From contig CANQPW010000006.1 in NCBI GenBank assembly GCA_947625855.1, positions 1 through 51,993 of the forward strand: a DNA stretch of 51,993 nt. Reading direction: 5' to 3'. Every line of letters starts with the position of its first letter. Within the stretch, counting starts at the first letter, position 1. The DNA comes from an uncultured Clostridia bacterium (GTDB taxonomy: Bacteria > Bacillota > Clostridia > TANB77 > CAG-465). Under the pieces are notes generated by a model, which did no database searches, was not told the origin of the DNA, and was given only the letters and a program-made list of their open reading frames with translations. The translations under genes and the position numbers were made by a program. Below, piece after piece: positions 37,124 through 46,903 of this stretch.

Positions 37124-37528
37124 TTACTTTTCCAAAATAAATGGAACTTTAATTAAATCTTCTACTTTTAATACTACTAATTTTTTATCTATATACATTA
37201 TGATATCAACATTTTTACACATATCTAATATATATTGCATGCATGTTCCACAAGGTATTAAAGTATCATCTATTTCATCAGATGTATTTTTTCCTCCAAC
37301 AACTGCAATAGCTTTAAACTTTCTTTCACCATGTGATAAAGCATTTTGTATAGCTACTCTTTCTGCACAATTTGAAAGTCCAAGTATTGTATTATCCTCG
37401 ACATTTGTCCCTATATATACAGTTCCATCCTCAGTTATTAAAGCAGCACCAACAGAATATCCTGTTCTTTCAGACACTGAATTTTTCCTAGCATTTTTTG
37501 CTATATTAATTAAATCTAAATTAGTCAT
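37124..37528 (-). CDS. cdd: Cytidine deaminase
   Basis: VGAAL, G.NVE, CAER, PCGTC. Confidence 0.9.
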   Translation of the reverse strand: MTNLDLINIAKNARKNSVSERTGYSVGAALITEDGTVYIGTNVEDNTILGLSNCAERVAIQNALSHGERKFKAIAVVGGKNTSDEIDDTLIPCGTCMQYILDMCKNVDIIMYIDKKLVVLKVEDLIKVPFILEK

Positions 37529-37530
37529 AT

Positions 37531-38313
37531 TTACCTCCCTAATAAATTCTTTAAAACATTTTCTATACTTGGACCCATTAAAACTATTTGATAAATTATT
37601 AAAACAAGTAATATACCAATACTTGCACTAATTAAAGCATAAATAACTTTATTTTTTTTATCTTTTGCTCGCGATGCAGTTATTATTAAACTTAAAAAGA
37701 ATGCAATCCCACTAACAAGTAAGCTCTTAGTTATTATGTATAAATATGTAGTAAGTGCAAATGATAAACCAATTCTTAAACTAGGTCCTGAATGAGCATA
37801 TTCATCATTTTTTCCAAAAATCCCTTTTAAAATTATAATTAAAATAACAACTGCAAAAATTATTGTAAATAAAATATGAAGTTTAGAATTAAATATAGAT
37901 GAAATTACAGATGTAGTAGCATTTGTAATCTTATCTACAAACAAAAAGTATGCAACAACTACTGCAACACAAGATGAAATTAATACACCACCTGCTGCTA
38001 TATCTTTTGCAGCCTTTGCTCTATCATCATATTTATCAGTTATTAAATCAACAATATATTCAACAGTAGAATTAATCATTTCAGCAAACAAAACAAAACC
38101 TATTGTTAAGCATATACATGCAAATTCTGTTTTAGTAAAATCAAAAAACAAACTAAAAATTAATACTAGCATTCCTATTATATAATCTATTCGTAAATTT
38201 CTTTCTGTTTTAAATGCTCTTATTACGCCATCAATAGCATGTCCTATTGCACTTGCAAAAGTTTTATTTTTCTTTACAACTTTCTCCTCATTATCTTCTT
38301 TTTTATTATCCAT
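37531..38313 (-). CDS. dgkA: Diacylglycerol/undecaprenol kinase with C-terminal TM extension
   Basis: ERNLRI, EMINSTVE..VD, AKDIAAGGVL. Confidence 0.88.
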   Translation of the reverse strand: MDNKKEDNEEKVVKKNKTFASAIGHAIDGVIRAFKTERNLRIDYIIGMLVLIFSLFFDFTKTEFACICLTIGFVLFAEMINSTVEYIVDLITDKYDDRAKAAKDIAAGGVLISSCVAVVVAYFLFVDKITNATTSVISSIFNSKLHILFTIIFAVVILIIILKGIFGKNDEYAHSGPSLRIGLSFALTTYLYIITKSLLVSGIAFFLSLIITASRAKDKKNKVIYALISASIGILLVLIIYQIVLMGPSIENVLKNLLGR

Positions 38314-38800
38314 TTACTCTACCTACACCCACTTTATTTAACACTTTTTCTTCAAGCTGTCTCATCTTTATTTTTTCTTCCTCTATTTCATGATCATGCC
38401 CTGTTAAATGGCACATACCATGAGTAATCATATATAGTACTTCTCTTACAATTCCTGTACCGTACTCAATAGATTGCCTTTCAATTACATCAAGACATAA
38501 AAATATATCTCCTAAATCAATTTCTTTTACAGTTTTATTAAGATTTTTTAATTCATCCATTGTAAATATAGGAAAAGAAAGAACATCAGTTGCCCTATCT
38601 ACATTCCTATATTTTTTATTTATATCTTTTATTTCAGCATCTGTTACACTTTGTATTGATACATCTACTATATCTGCATAAATATCTTGTTCTACTAAGA
38701 CATTTTCTACAATATCATAAATATAATTTTTTATATCTTGATTTGACTTAGCTTTTACAAAATCTAATATTTTATCATCAAGATTAATTTGAATATTCAT
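38306..38800 (-). CDS. ybeY: rRNA maturation endoribonuclease YbeY
   Basis: TDVLSFP, HGMCHLTGHDH. Confidence 0.95.
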   Translation of the reverse strand: MNIQINLDDKILDFVKAKSNQDIKNYIYDIVENVLVEQDIYADIVDVSIQSVTDAEIKDINKKYRNVDRATDVLSFPIFTMDELKNLNKTVKEIDLGDIFLCLDVIERQSIEYGTGIVREVLYMITHGMCHLTGHDHEIEEEKIKMRQLEEKVLNKVGVGRVNG

Positions 38801-38803
38801 AAG

Positions 38804-39988
38804 TTAATTATTCCTTTCTACAAATTTTCCTATTTGTTCATTAATAGTATATTGCACATCTACTATAATACCATTTTCAGTATCCTTTGTTGTTAGTACA
38901 CTATTTACAATACCAGCTTCTCTAGCATTTGGTAAAACTTCACTTTTTATATATTCTTCTGCTTCATTCTTTGCTTCATTTATTATATCATCATAACTTT
39001 TAATATAGTTTACTTCTTCATATTCGCTAAATTTGTACAAATCAAAAGAAATTAGTTTACCAAATAATTTAAAACTTTTACTGCTTTTATTTATATCATA
39101 TTTTAATGATTTATTCAAATAGTTTATCATATATTCTTTAGAATCAACAGAAATACCTACTGTATATCTTACTTTTCCCTTATATTCTTTTTTAGTATTT
39201 TCATAAAAATATTCTTTTGAAAAATTATATTTTTTATCAATCATTACAATTCCTTTTGCTGTTACATAAGTAGGATCCAATAATTTACTATATATAACTC
39301 CTTCTATTAGAATATTTCCCTCTTGTGCATAACTTCCCTCTTTTAACAGGGCTGTTCCATTTTCAGGTATTATTTTAGTGATAACTCCTGATTTATCAGC
39401 AATAATATTACCATTTACATTTTCTTGTATATCATCTTCATCCATTTTTGTCTTTTCAACTACTTTTATAATCGCTTTTGTACCATCTAACTCAAAACCT
39501 ACCCAAGACAAATCAGATAGCAATACTCTCATATTATTTGTTACTGCTTTATTATTAATAAATGCTTTATTTTTACCAATATATACGCCACTTTCTTTAA
39601 GGGCATTAAGAATTTGCTCATTTGAAATATAATTATTTCCTACAACTTCTATATTCCAAATAAATGTAGAAAAGGCAATACTAACTATAACAAGTACAAT
39701 AGCAAGAAGAGCAAAAATTTTTCTTTTTCTATACTTATGAAATGTAAAATACAATCCTTCTTTATTTTTTATTGTCACTTTACATTTTGTCCTTTTAGCA
39801 ATAGGCTTAAGTTTCTTAAATTCAGATATATCTATTCTAAATCTTATAACTCCATTTACAATATTTCTTATATCCCATATTTTTACATTATTTATTTTAC
39901 AAAGATTTATAAAACGCTCTGTAAAAAAGCCTTCAATTTGAACAACAACTGTACCAGTTATACTTTTTATTCTTTTATCAAAATCCAT
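38804..39988 (-). CDS. yqfD: Sporulation protein YqfD
   Basis: ERFINLC, FIWNIEVVGN, NIIADKSGVI; start at ATG 39988. Confidence 0.9.
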   Translation of the reverse strand: MDFDKRIKSITGTVVVQIEGFFTERFINLCKINNVKIWDIRNIVNGVIRFRIDISEFKKLKPIAKRTKCKVTIKNKEGLYFTFHKYRKRKIFALLAIVLVIVSIAFSTFIWNIEVVGNNYISNEQILNALKESGVYIGKNKAFINNKAVTNNMRVLLSDLSWVGFELDGTKAIIKVVEKTKMDEDDIQENVNGNIIADKSGVITKIIPENGTALLKEGSYAQEGNILIEGVIYSKLLDPTYVTAKGIVMIDKKYNFSKEYFYENTKKEYKGKVRYTVGISVDSKEYMINYLNKSLKYDINKSSKSFKLFGKLISFDLYKFSEYEEVNYIKSYDDIINEAKNEAEEYIKSEVLPNAREAGIVNSVLTTKDTENGIIVDVQYTINEQIGKFVERNN

Positions 39989-39992
39989 ACTT

Positions 39993-40340
39993 TCACCCTT
40001 TGTCACTTTTATAATTTAAACTATATATATTACCTGATATTACAAGCTCAGAATCTGTTATTTCTTTTATATCTAAATTACTTCCATCTATTATAACAAA
40101 TAGATTATTTGTTTTTATTTTTATATAATTATCATAATAATCAACTATCTTTTTATATCCTTCTATTAAAATGTCAGTATCTTCTATACAAGTTATCTTA
40201 GTATAATTAGATACAACTTCTTGAGGAATTTCTAAAAATTCAGAGAACTTACTTTTAGCATCATTTATTTTTTCTTTTACATTTATGTTTTTTAAAATCG
40301 TACTACAAAACTTTTTTCTCTCTTTTTTATTAAGTTTCAA
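39993..40340 (-). CDS. yqfC: YabP/YqfC family sporulation protein
   Basis: LEIPQEVV, IEGYKKIVDY, upstream of yqfD. Confidence 0.85.
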   Translation of the reverse strand: MKLNKKERKKFCSTILKNINVKEKINDAKSKFSEFLEIPQEVVSNYTKITCIEDTDILIEGYKKIVDYYDNYIKIKTNNLFVIIDGSNLDIKEITDSELVISGNIYSLNYKSDKG

Positions 40341-40643
40341 TCTGTTTCACTCCCTTATTTTTATTATATTTTTTATAGTGTTTTTTATTACTTTTTAAAT
40401 TTATAATTTATTTGACATATTATGTCGTTTTTTGCGTTATTTTTATTTAATAAATAAGTATTTTTATTTGACAAATTATAAAAATTGTAGTATATTATTA
40501 ACGGTTCACGTATTTAATATGTATGAGTGATAAAATAGCATTTTACTATTTTATATATTCATACTCTATTTTTTCACTTTTTTAAAATACTTTTGTATTT
40601 TAAAAATATATTAAAAGATTTTTTAATTTAAAGAGGTGAATTT

Positions 40644-41318
40644 ATGCTAAAAATAGGCATGTGCGACGATAATCTTGAAAGTATTAAAACAACTGCCAAA
40701 TTATTGGAATCTGAAATTATCGAACAAAATTTAGATGCTGAAATTACATTAATAAGTAACAATCAAAATGAAATTTTTGATGCAATATATAACAAAAAGA
40801 TAGATGTTCTTTTTTTAGATATAGACTTCAAATGCAAAGGAAAAAACGGATTAGAATTTGCATATGAATTACGAGAAGTAAATAGAAGTTTTTATTTAAT
40901 CTTTTTAACTGCACATCAAAGATTTCTTCATCTTTCATTTACTGTAAAAGTTTATGATTATTTACTAAAACCAATAAATAGAGACATTATCGAAGACTTA
41001 ATTTTAAGATTAAAAAAAGACTATGCTAATGATCAAACTGTTTTTCTACACTTAAATAAATGGAAATCAATTAAAATGGATTCAATACTTTATATCGAAA
41101 GAATAGGGGCTAAATCACATATTATAACTAATTCCTGCGAAGAATTAACAACTAAATCGCTAGACACATTATTAGATGAATTATCAAATAAATTTAAAAG
41201 GTGTCATCGTTCGTATATTGTTAATGTGGAAAAGATAATATGTATTGATAAAAAAAGGGGGATTGCACAACTTTTAAGCAACAAAAAGTGTCCAATCAAT
41301 AATCATTTTAATATATAA
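40644..41318 (+). CDS. LytTR-family response regulator, AgrA-like
   Basis: CDD, FLDID, KP receiver motifs; FKRCHRSYIVN. Confidence 0.92.
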   Translation: MLKIGMCDDNLESIKTTAKLLESEIIEQNLDAEITLISNNQNEIFDAIYNKKIDVLFLDIDFKCKGKNGLEFAYELREVNRSFYLIFLTAHQRFLHLSFTVKVYDYLLKPINRDIIEDLILRLKKDYANDQTVFLHLNKWKSIKMDSILYIERIGAKSHIITNSCEELTTKSLDTLLDELSNKFKRCHRSYIVNVEKIICIDKKRGIAQLLSNKKCPINNHFNI

Positions 41319-41329
41319 AGGAGCAAAAC

Positions 41330-42643
41330 ATGGAAAATGTAATGATTAAACTTTCTAGTATAGTGATACAAAGTATTTTTGCCCTCTATCATTTTGTATC
41401 AATAACAAATTACTTTAAACAAACTAAAGAAAAAAATTATTTAACATCAATTTTAATAGTAATTATTATATGCATAACGCAAATTTTAGATTTAAAGAAT
41501 TATAACTTGTTTTTACTTATATTTCTTTTAGTTTTAACTTTAAAATTTACAAGCAAACTTACTTTATTAAAATCAATATTATCAACAATTCTATATTGTA
41601 TAATAATATCTATTAGTGGTTTAATCAGTTTAAAAATAATAAACTTAAATATATATGAAGATTTATTAATTATACCAAATAAATATATTATATTTTTAGT
41701 ATTACAATTAATTATTAATATATCTATCGAACTATTAATTAATATTTTTCTTGCAAGAAAACATAAGATAAATAGTTATGAAAATACTACAAACTCTACT
41801 ATTAATAACAAAATCAAATTAATAATATTTTTAATTTTAGCATATACTATTCCACAAATAATAGTGATATTCTTTTTAAAGTATACTTATCCTTTACCTT
41901 TAATAGTCTTAGAAATATTTAAAACAATTTTAGTTTGTATTTTAATTTTTAGCTACTTTGATATAATTAACAAAGATGAGAAAATACAAACTAATCTTTC
42001 AACAATTGAATTACATAACAAAACATTAATTGAATTAGTTGATGGTGTACGAACTTTAAAACATGATTATGGAAATATAATACAAGCATTAAATGGATAT
42101 GTTGTTACGAAACAATATAACAAATTAAAAGAATATATAGACTCACTTATTAAAGAATTTTGTAATGTAAATAATATATCTGCAATAGATCCTAATATAT
42201 TTAATGATCCTGCAATATATGGAGTTGTAGGAGCAAAATATTTTTATGCTATTGAAAATGATATAACTTTTGATTTAGATATTACATCAGATATAAAAAA
42301 CATAAACTTTTCAAAGCCAGAGTTATCTAGAATTTTAGGTATACTTCTTGATAATGCAATAGAGGCTACGTTAAAATGTAATAACAAATATATTAAATTA
42401 GATATTCATTTTGATGATAAAAAATATGCTGATGTTATAAGAGTAATAAACACATACGATACGTCTGAAAAAATTGATTTAGACAAAATTTATGAAAAAG
42501 GAGTTTCTTCAAAAGAAATTAAATCTGGAATTGGATTATGGGAAGCAAAAAAGCTTATTTCTAAAAACAAGCATTCTCAAATATATGCTACAATAGAAAA
42601 AGAAAAATTCATTCAGAATTTAATAATTGAAAAAGCAGATTAG
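41330..42643 (+). CDS. AgrC-like GHKL sensor histidine kinase
   Basis: Multiple TMs, R.LKHDY.N H-box, GILLDNAIEA, SSK...GIGL. Confidence 0.9.
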   Translation: MENVMIKLSSIVIQSIFALYHFVSITNYFKQTKEKNYLTSILIVIIICITQILDLKNYNLFLLIFLLVLTLKFTSKLTLLKSILSTILYCIIISISGLISLKIINLNIYEDLLIIPNKYIIFLVLQLIINISIELLINIFLARKHKINSYENTTNSTINNKIKLIIFLILAYTIPQIIVIFFLKYTYPLPLIVLEIFKTILVCILIFSYFDIINKDEKIQTNLSTIELHNKTLIELVDGVRTLKHDYGNIIQALNGYVVTKQYNKLKEYIDSLIKEFCNVNNISAIDPNIFNDPAIYGVVGAKYFYAIENDITFDLDITSDIKNINFSKPELSRILGILLDNAIEATLKCNNKYIKLDIHFDDKKYADVIRVINTYDTSEKIDLDKIYEKGVSSKEIKSGIGLWEAKKLISKNKHSQIYATIEKEKFIQNLIIEKAD

Positions 42644-42665
42644 AAATAAAAACTAATCTGCTTTT
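42632..42665 (+). terminator. Intrinsic terminator
   Basis: AAAAGCAGATTAG / CTAATCTGCTTTT. Confidence 0.75.
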
Positions 42666-42943
42666 AATTATTATAAATTTAATTCATATTATTTCACCCC
42701 TTTTACTTTTATATCATATATTGAATTAACGCTATTAAATAAACTATATATTTATTTTCTTCAATATATGATTTTTGTAATTTAATCTTCTTTTTTGTTA
42801 TAATTTAACGGTCAAATATATTATAATTCAAACTTTAATTTATTTTTTAAAAATAAATTAAATACCTCTTTTTTTATATTGAAAAGTGTAAATTCTATTT
42901 TCACGTTGATATTTCGTATTTTCATAAAATAAATAAATTTGTA

Positions 42944-42969
42944 ACACTATAACTTATTTATCATAATAT
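42944..42969 (+). promoter_or_regulatory. Possible sigma-K promoter
   Basis: AC-16 bp-CATAATAT. Confidence 0.45.
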
Positions 42970-42991
42970 ATATAAAAAAAGGGGGATTTAT

Positions 42992-43606
42992 ATGGAATAT
43001 AATAAATTTTTACATATTGGAGATAAGGCTCCAAGATTTAATGCTATATCTACGTTAGGAGATGTTAAACTAAGCGATTATTTAGGTAAATGGGTTATAT
43101 TATTCTCATACCCAGAAAATTTTTCACCTGTATGTGCTACTGAAATCATAGCTTTGTCAAAATCTAACAAAGATTTTTTAGATAGAAACTGTGAAATACT
43201 TGGAATTTCAAAAGATACAAATTCTTCTAATCTATCTTTTTTAAACAACATTCAAAAAATGAGTGCTACAAATGTACCTTTTCCTATAATTTGCGATAAT
43301 GATATGAAAATTTCTCAAATGTATAATACTGATAAAAATCAAAACTATATTATTATCCTTGATACAAATCAAAAAATAAGATTAATAATGACTTATCCAA
43401 CAGAAATTGGAATAAATATCTATGAAATTTTAAGATGTATAGATGCATTACAAAAGAGTGATTTAGAAGATTGCATGATACCTGCAAATTGGGTTATAGG
43501 AAATCCTACTATTTTAAAGGCACCAAACAATTATATGGATGCGGTAAATAGATTAAATGATAGAAATTTTAGATGTATAGATTGGTATCTTTGTTTCAAT
43601 AATTAA
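42992..43606 (+). CDS. Peroxiredoxin (Prx6/1-Cys-like), divergent
   Basis: YPENFSPVCATE, PFPII.D, PANW, DWYLC. Confidence 0.85.
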   Translation: MEYNKFLHIGDKAPRFNAISTLGDVKLSDYLGKWVILFSYPENFSPVCATEIIALSKSNKDFLDRNCEILGISKDTNSSNLSFLNNIQKMSATNVPFPIICDNDMKISQMYNTDKNQNYIIILDTNQKIRLIMTYPTEIGINIYEILRCIDALQKSDLEDCMIPANWVIGNPTILKAPNNYMDAVNRLNDRNFRCIDWYLCFNN

Positions 43607-43626
43607 TTTTGAAAGGATTTGATTAT

Positions 43627-43758
43627 ATGGGGGAAAATTGTAATAATAATTGCAATAATGGAAATTTCTTGAACAACTTATTTTGTGGCAATAACTGTAT
43701 ATTTATTATAATAATAATTTTTATATTGTTATCCTGTTGTAATGGTTCTAAAAGCTAA
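43627..43758 (+). CDS. Small Cys/Asn-rich hydrophobic peptide (43 aa), probably spore associated
   Basis: Not in ORF track. GAAAGGA RBS; MGENCNNNCNNGNFLNNLFCGNNCIFIIIIIFILLSCCNGSKS. Confidence 0.7.
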   Translation: MGENCNNNCNNGNFLNNLFCGNNCIFIIIIIFILLSCCNGSKS

Positions 43759-43763
43759 AAATA

Positions 43764-44294
43764 CTAGCACAAGCTAGTATTTTTATTGTATATTTTTTCA
43801 ATATTTTTATAAACCTCAAATGTTATTTCACAATCTTTTAAAGACCTATGTGCACCGATATAATTTATATTAAAATAATTTGCTAATGTCTCCAGTTTAT
43901 AGTTTTTTATTCCTTTTACATATTTTCTTGATAGAACAAGTGTATCTAAGCATTTATTTTCTAATCCATGATCAAAATGTCTTTTAAAATTATTATTTAA
44001 AAAACTCATATCAAAATTTGCATTGTGAGCCATTAATACACTATCTTCAGCAAAATTGCTAAACATTTCTAGTGCATCATGTATATTAGTTGCATCAAGT
44101 AACATTTCATTTGTTATACCTGTAAGCCTTGTAATAAATGGAGATACCTCGTTTTCAGGCTTTACTAAAATATCCATTCTATCAACTATCTCATTATTTT
44201 TTATTTTTATAGCACCTATTTCTATTATTTCATTGTTAACAGGAGAAAGCCCTGTTGTTTCTAAATCTACTATAACATAATCTTTTTCAAACAT
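43764..44294 (-). CDS. Stand-alone DEDDh 3'-5' exonuclease (DnaQ/PolC-exo-like)
   Basis: DLETTG, AHNANFD, AHRSLKD. Confidence 0.9.
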   Translation of the reverse strand: MFEKDYVIVDLETTGLSPVNNEIIEIGAIKIKNNEIVDRMDILVKPENEVSPFITRLTGITNEMLLDATNIHDALEMFSNFAEDSVLMAHNANFDMSFLNNNFKRHFDHGLENKCLDTLVLSRKYVKGIKNYKLETLANYFNINYIGAHRSLKDCEITFEVYKNIEKIYNKNTSLC

Positions 44295-44448
44295 ATTATC
44301 ACCAAATATTTTCCTAAATTATTATATCATTAATGTTTTAAAATGTAAATAATTACTTTGTATTATTACATTCTTGCATTTATATAACATCTATGATATA
44401 ATGTTTACATAAAAAACAATAATCCGTATTTAATAAGAAAGGAGCAAT

Positions 44449-45207
44449 ATGAAACTTCAAAATCTTAGCGACTATATGAATAATATTAGGAAAAAAATTC
44501 AATTAAACGAAGATCAAGTAGTAATGCTAACTAATGTTTTTCAACCAATACCTGTAAGAACTGAAATTCCTCGTAATAACTTAGATAACTCATGTATTGA
44601 AATAAAAAATATTAATGGAACAACTTATATTTTTATTAATTTTGTATCAAATAAAAAAATTATCTGCACTACTTTTATAAATGGTGTGCCACTTAGTATA
44701 GTATCGATAGAAAATGCTTTATACAGCACAAAAGAAATGCAAGAAAAATATCCGACATATAAGCAAATAGGAGATGGAGATAATGAAAAATTCTTTCCTA
44801 TTTCAATAGAATGGTTTAATGAAAATTTCAAAAATCTTAATAAGGCAAATCATGCTGTATTTCAACTTGGAATAATTGTAGATCTTAACAACTTTTTAAC
44901 TTTTGCTAAAAATTCTGTGACATTAGATAATCAATATTCAAGAATTAGTGTTACAAATAATAGTCCACTAATTGGGAATAGACAAACTCGAAGAAAAAAT
45001 AAAAATGATATGAAAAATGGTAACAAAACATCATATATTACCAAAAACACATTAGTAATTTCACTTCCTGAAGCACAAACAATTGAAAAGCTTGTTATGG
45101 AAAATTACAATATGACAAAACGTACTGTAAAAGCACATTCAAGGAAGCTTAGAAATGGAATAACAAAGCAATTCCATGAAAAAGTATATTATAAGTTTAT
45201 ATCTTAA
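44449..45207 (+). CDS. Hypothetical protein, possibly phage-derived
   Basis: Own promoter TTGCAT-17-TATAAT (44374-44402), AAAGGAG RBS, C-terminal RTVKAHSRKLRNG. Confidence 0.65.
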   Translation: MKLQNLSDYMNNIRKKIQLNEDQVVMLTNVFQPIPVRTEIPRNNLDNSCIEIKNINGTTYIFINFVSNKKIICTTFINGVPLSIVSIENALYSTKEMQEKYPTYKQIGDGDNEKFFPISIEWFNENFKNLNKANHAVFQLGIIVDLNNFLTFAKNSVTLDNQYSRISVTNNSPLIGNRQTRRKNKNDMKNGNKTSYITKNTLVISLPEAQTIEKLVMENYNMTKRTVKAHSRKLRNGITKQFHEKVYYKFIS

Positions 45208-45211
45208 TATT

Positions 45212-45272
45212 AATGCTCTCATATTTTTATGAGGGCATTTTTTTATAAAAAAAATAGCACCATTAGGTGCTA
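45212..45272. terminator. Back-to-back terminators of convergent genes
   Basis: AATGCTCTCATA / TATGAGGGCATT plus T run; TAGCACC / GGTGCTA with A run on plus strand. Confidence 0.75.
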
Positions 45273-45340
45273 CTTGTGGTAATTTTAACTTCGTAGGCGA
45301 ACTTTACCAAACACCTACCTTCGTGTGACCTGGAGCCAGG

Positions 45341-45709
45341 TTAAAGGTCCCTTGTCTCGATCACGATCCGCTGGATCTGTTCCCAGCCAGCGTGCTCGAA
45401 TCGGAACTCGACCTCCTCCTTGCCAGTCGCAGGGTTCACAATCATATTCCCAGTGGGAACACGATTTGCTTTCGCCCTTATGACAGGCTTGGAGTTAACC
45501 CGGGGGTTCACCAGTTCAGCCAAAATACTTGGCGGCAATACTACCGCAAGCACATCAGCATCCCCAGCAAGCTCCAGCACTTCAGCAGCGTTCTTCACGC
45601 TAGCCTCATGCTGCCTTACTTCAACCGCACCAAAGATGCGATCAAGGTCGGCCCGTTGCTCCTCAGTCATCTGGTGTCTGGACAACCAGAAAACTTTCGT
45701 TACGGTCAC
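45341..45709 (-). CDS. GC-rich small protein resembling Csx16/Csx20-type CRISPR-associated proteins
   Basis: GTG start 45709 after AAAGGAGGTG; FWLSRHQMTEEQ, VLAVVLP, FRFEHAGW; 36 of 60 bases G/C at 45361-45420. The CDS is solid, the family call tentative. Confidence 0.55.
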   Translation of the reverse strand: MTVTKVFWLSRHQMTEEQRADLDRIFGAVEVRQHEASVKNAAEVLELAGDADVLAVVLPPSILAELVNPRVNSKPVIRAKANRVPTGNMIVNPATGKEEVEFRFEHAGWEQIQRIVIETRDL

Positions 45710-45908
45710 ACTTTCACCTCCTTTCAACTTCTCCACCAATTATGGTGGGCGACTTATGTTAACTTACAATATTATTATAACTCTCTTTTTAGACAAAGTA
45801 AAATATTTAAAAGTTATATGTTATATAAGCTACACTTATATAGTTACAGTAAAAAAATAGATAAAAATTATGAAAATTTCTATCTATTTAAAATTGTTAA
45901 TATTTATC

Positions 45909-46814
45909 TTAATATTCTTCAATTACATCCATTATAAAATCTAATAACTTTAATGTTGCAAAACTTGCAATATTCCCTTTTAATATTGCAATACTTGCCT
46001 TAAGTTTTGGTAAATCTTTTTCAAATTTTAATTGAATTAATTTACCACTATCTATATCATCTTTAATTAAACTTTTTAAACCGACTGCTATTCCCATATC
46101 ATTAATTGCAAAAAATTCTCTAGCATCAGAACTAGATATTTCAAACTTAATTGGTAAATTAAAATTATTATTCTTTGCAAATTCAAATAAAGCTTTTCCA
46201 GTATTAGAGACTTTTGATGGAAGTATTAAGTCACATTTTTCTAAATCGCTATATTCTTTTACTGGATGTTCATCATAATATTTTTTACTACAATAAAAAC
46301 ATAATTCTTCCTCATAACCTTCTATTCTATCAACATTATTTGGTAGCTCTTCTCCAGTATCTTTAAATATAACCATATCACATTTTCCTTTTGACAAATT
46401 ATTTATAGCCTCAGATGTTAATTCTCCAGTTGAAACATCAATTTTTATCTTAGGAAATACTTTTGAGAATTCAAGCATAGCTTTATACAATATTTTAGTA
46501 CCAAATGATCTTCCACATCTTATTCGTATTGTACCTTCTTCTAAATTTATATATTGGCTAAATTTATTTTCAGCATTATCTATTATTTCAATACTTTCTT
46601 TAATATAGTCATATAATTTTTTTCCTTCCTCTGTTAAAACTACCCCTTTTGGAACTCTATAAAATAATGTACCTCCAAGCTGTTCCTCAAGTTTATGAAT
46701 ACTTTGGGTAACTGCTGGTTGTGAAATGTATAAAGCTTCGGCAGCCTTTGATATATTTCCAGTATTTGCAACTATATAAAACAAATTATATAAATCAAAA
46801 TTAATATTACTCAT
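45909..46814 (-). CDS. LysR-family transcriptional regulator
   Basis: ISKAAEALYISQPAVTQSIHKLEEQLG; ATG 46814 after GGAGG. Confidence 0.95.
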   Translation of the reverse strand: MSNINFDLYNLFYIVANTGNISKAAEALYISQPAVTQSIHKLEEQLGGTLFYRVPKGVVLTEEGKKLYDYIKESIEIIDNAENKFSQYINLEEGTIRIRCGRSFGTKILYKAMLEFSKVFPKIKIDVSTGELTSEAINNLSKGKCDMVIFKDTGEELPNNVDRIEGYEEELCFYCSKKYYDEHPVKEYSDLEKCDLILPSKVSNTGKALFEFAKNNNFNLPIKFEISSSDAREFFAINDMGIAVGLKSLIKDDIDSGKLIQLKFEKDLPKLKASIAILKGNIASFATLKLLDFIMDVIEEY

Positions 46815-46903
46815 ATAAATTCCTCCATATTTAAGAATAATATACAATAAATATAAAAAAAATACAATAGCAAATGCTACTGTATTTTTATACTATACCT
46901 AAA

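Noticed and set aside
40499..42812. TTAACGGT at about 40499 and 42804 as LytTR binding sites
   Set aside because: Single copies without the paired direct-repeat spacing typical of LytTR sites.
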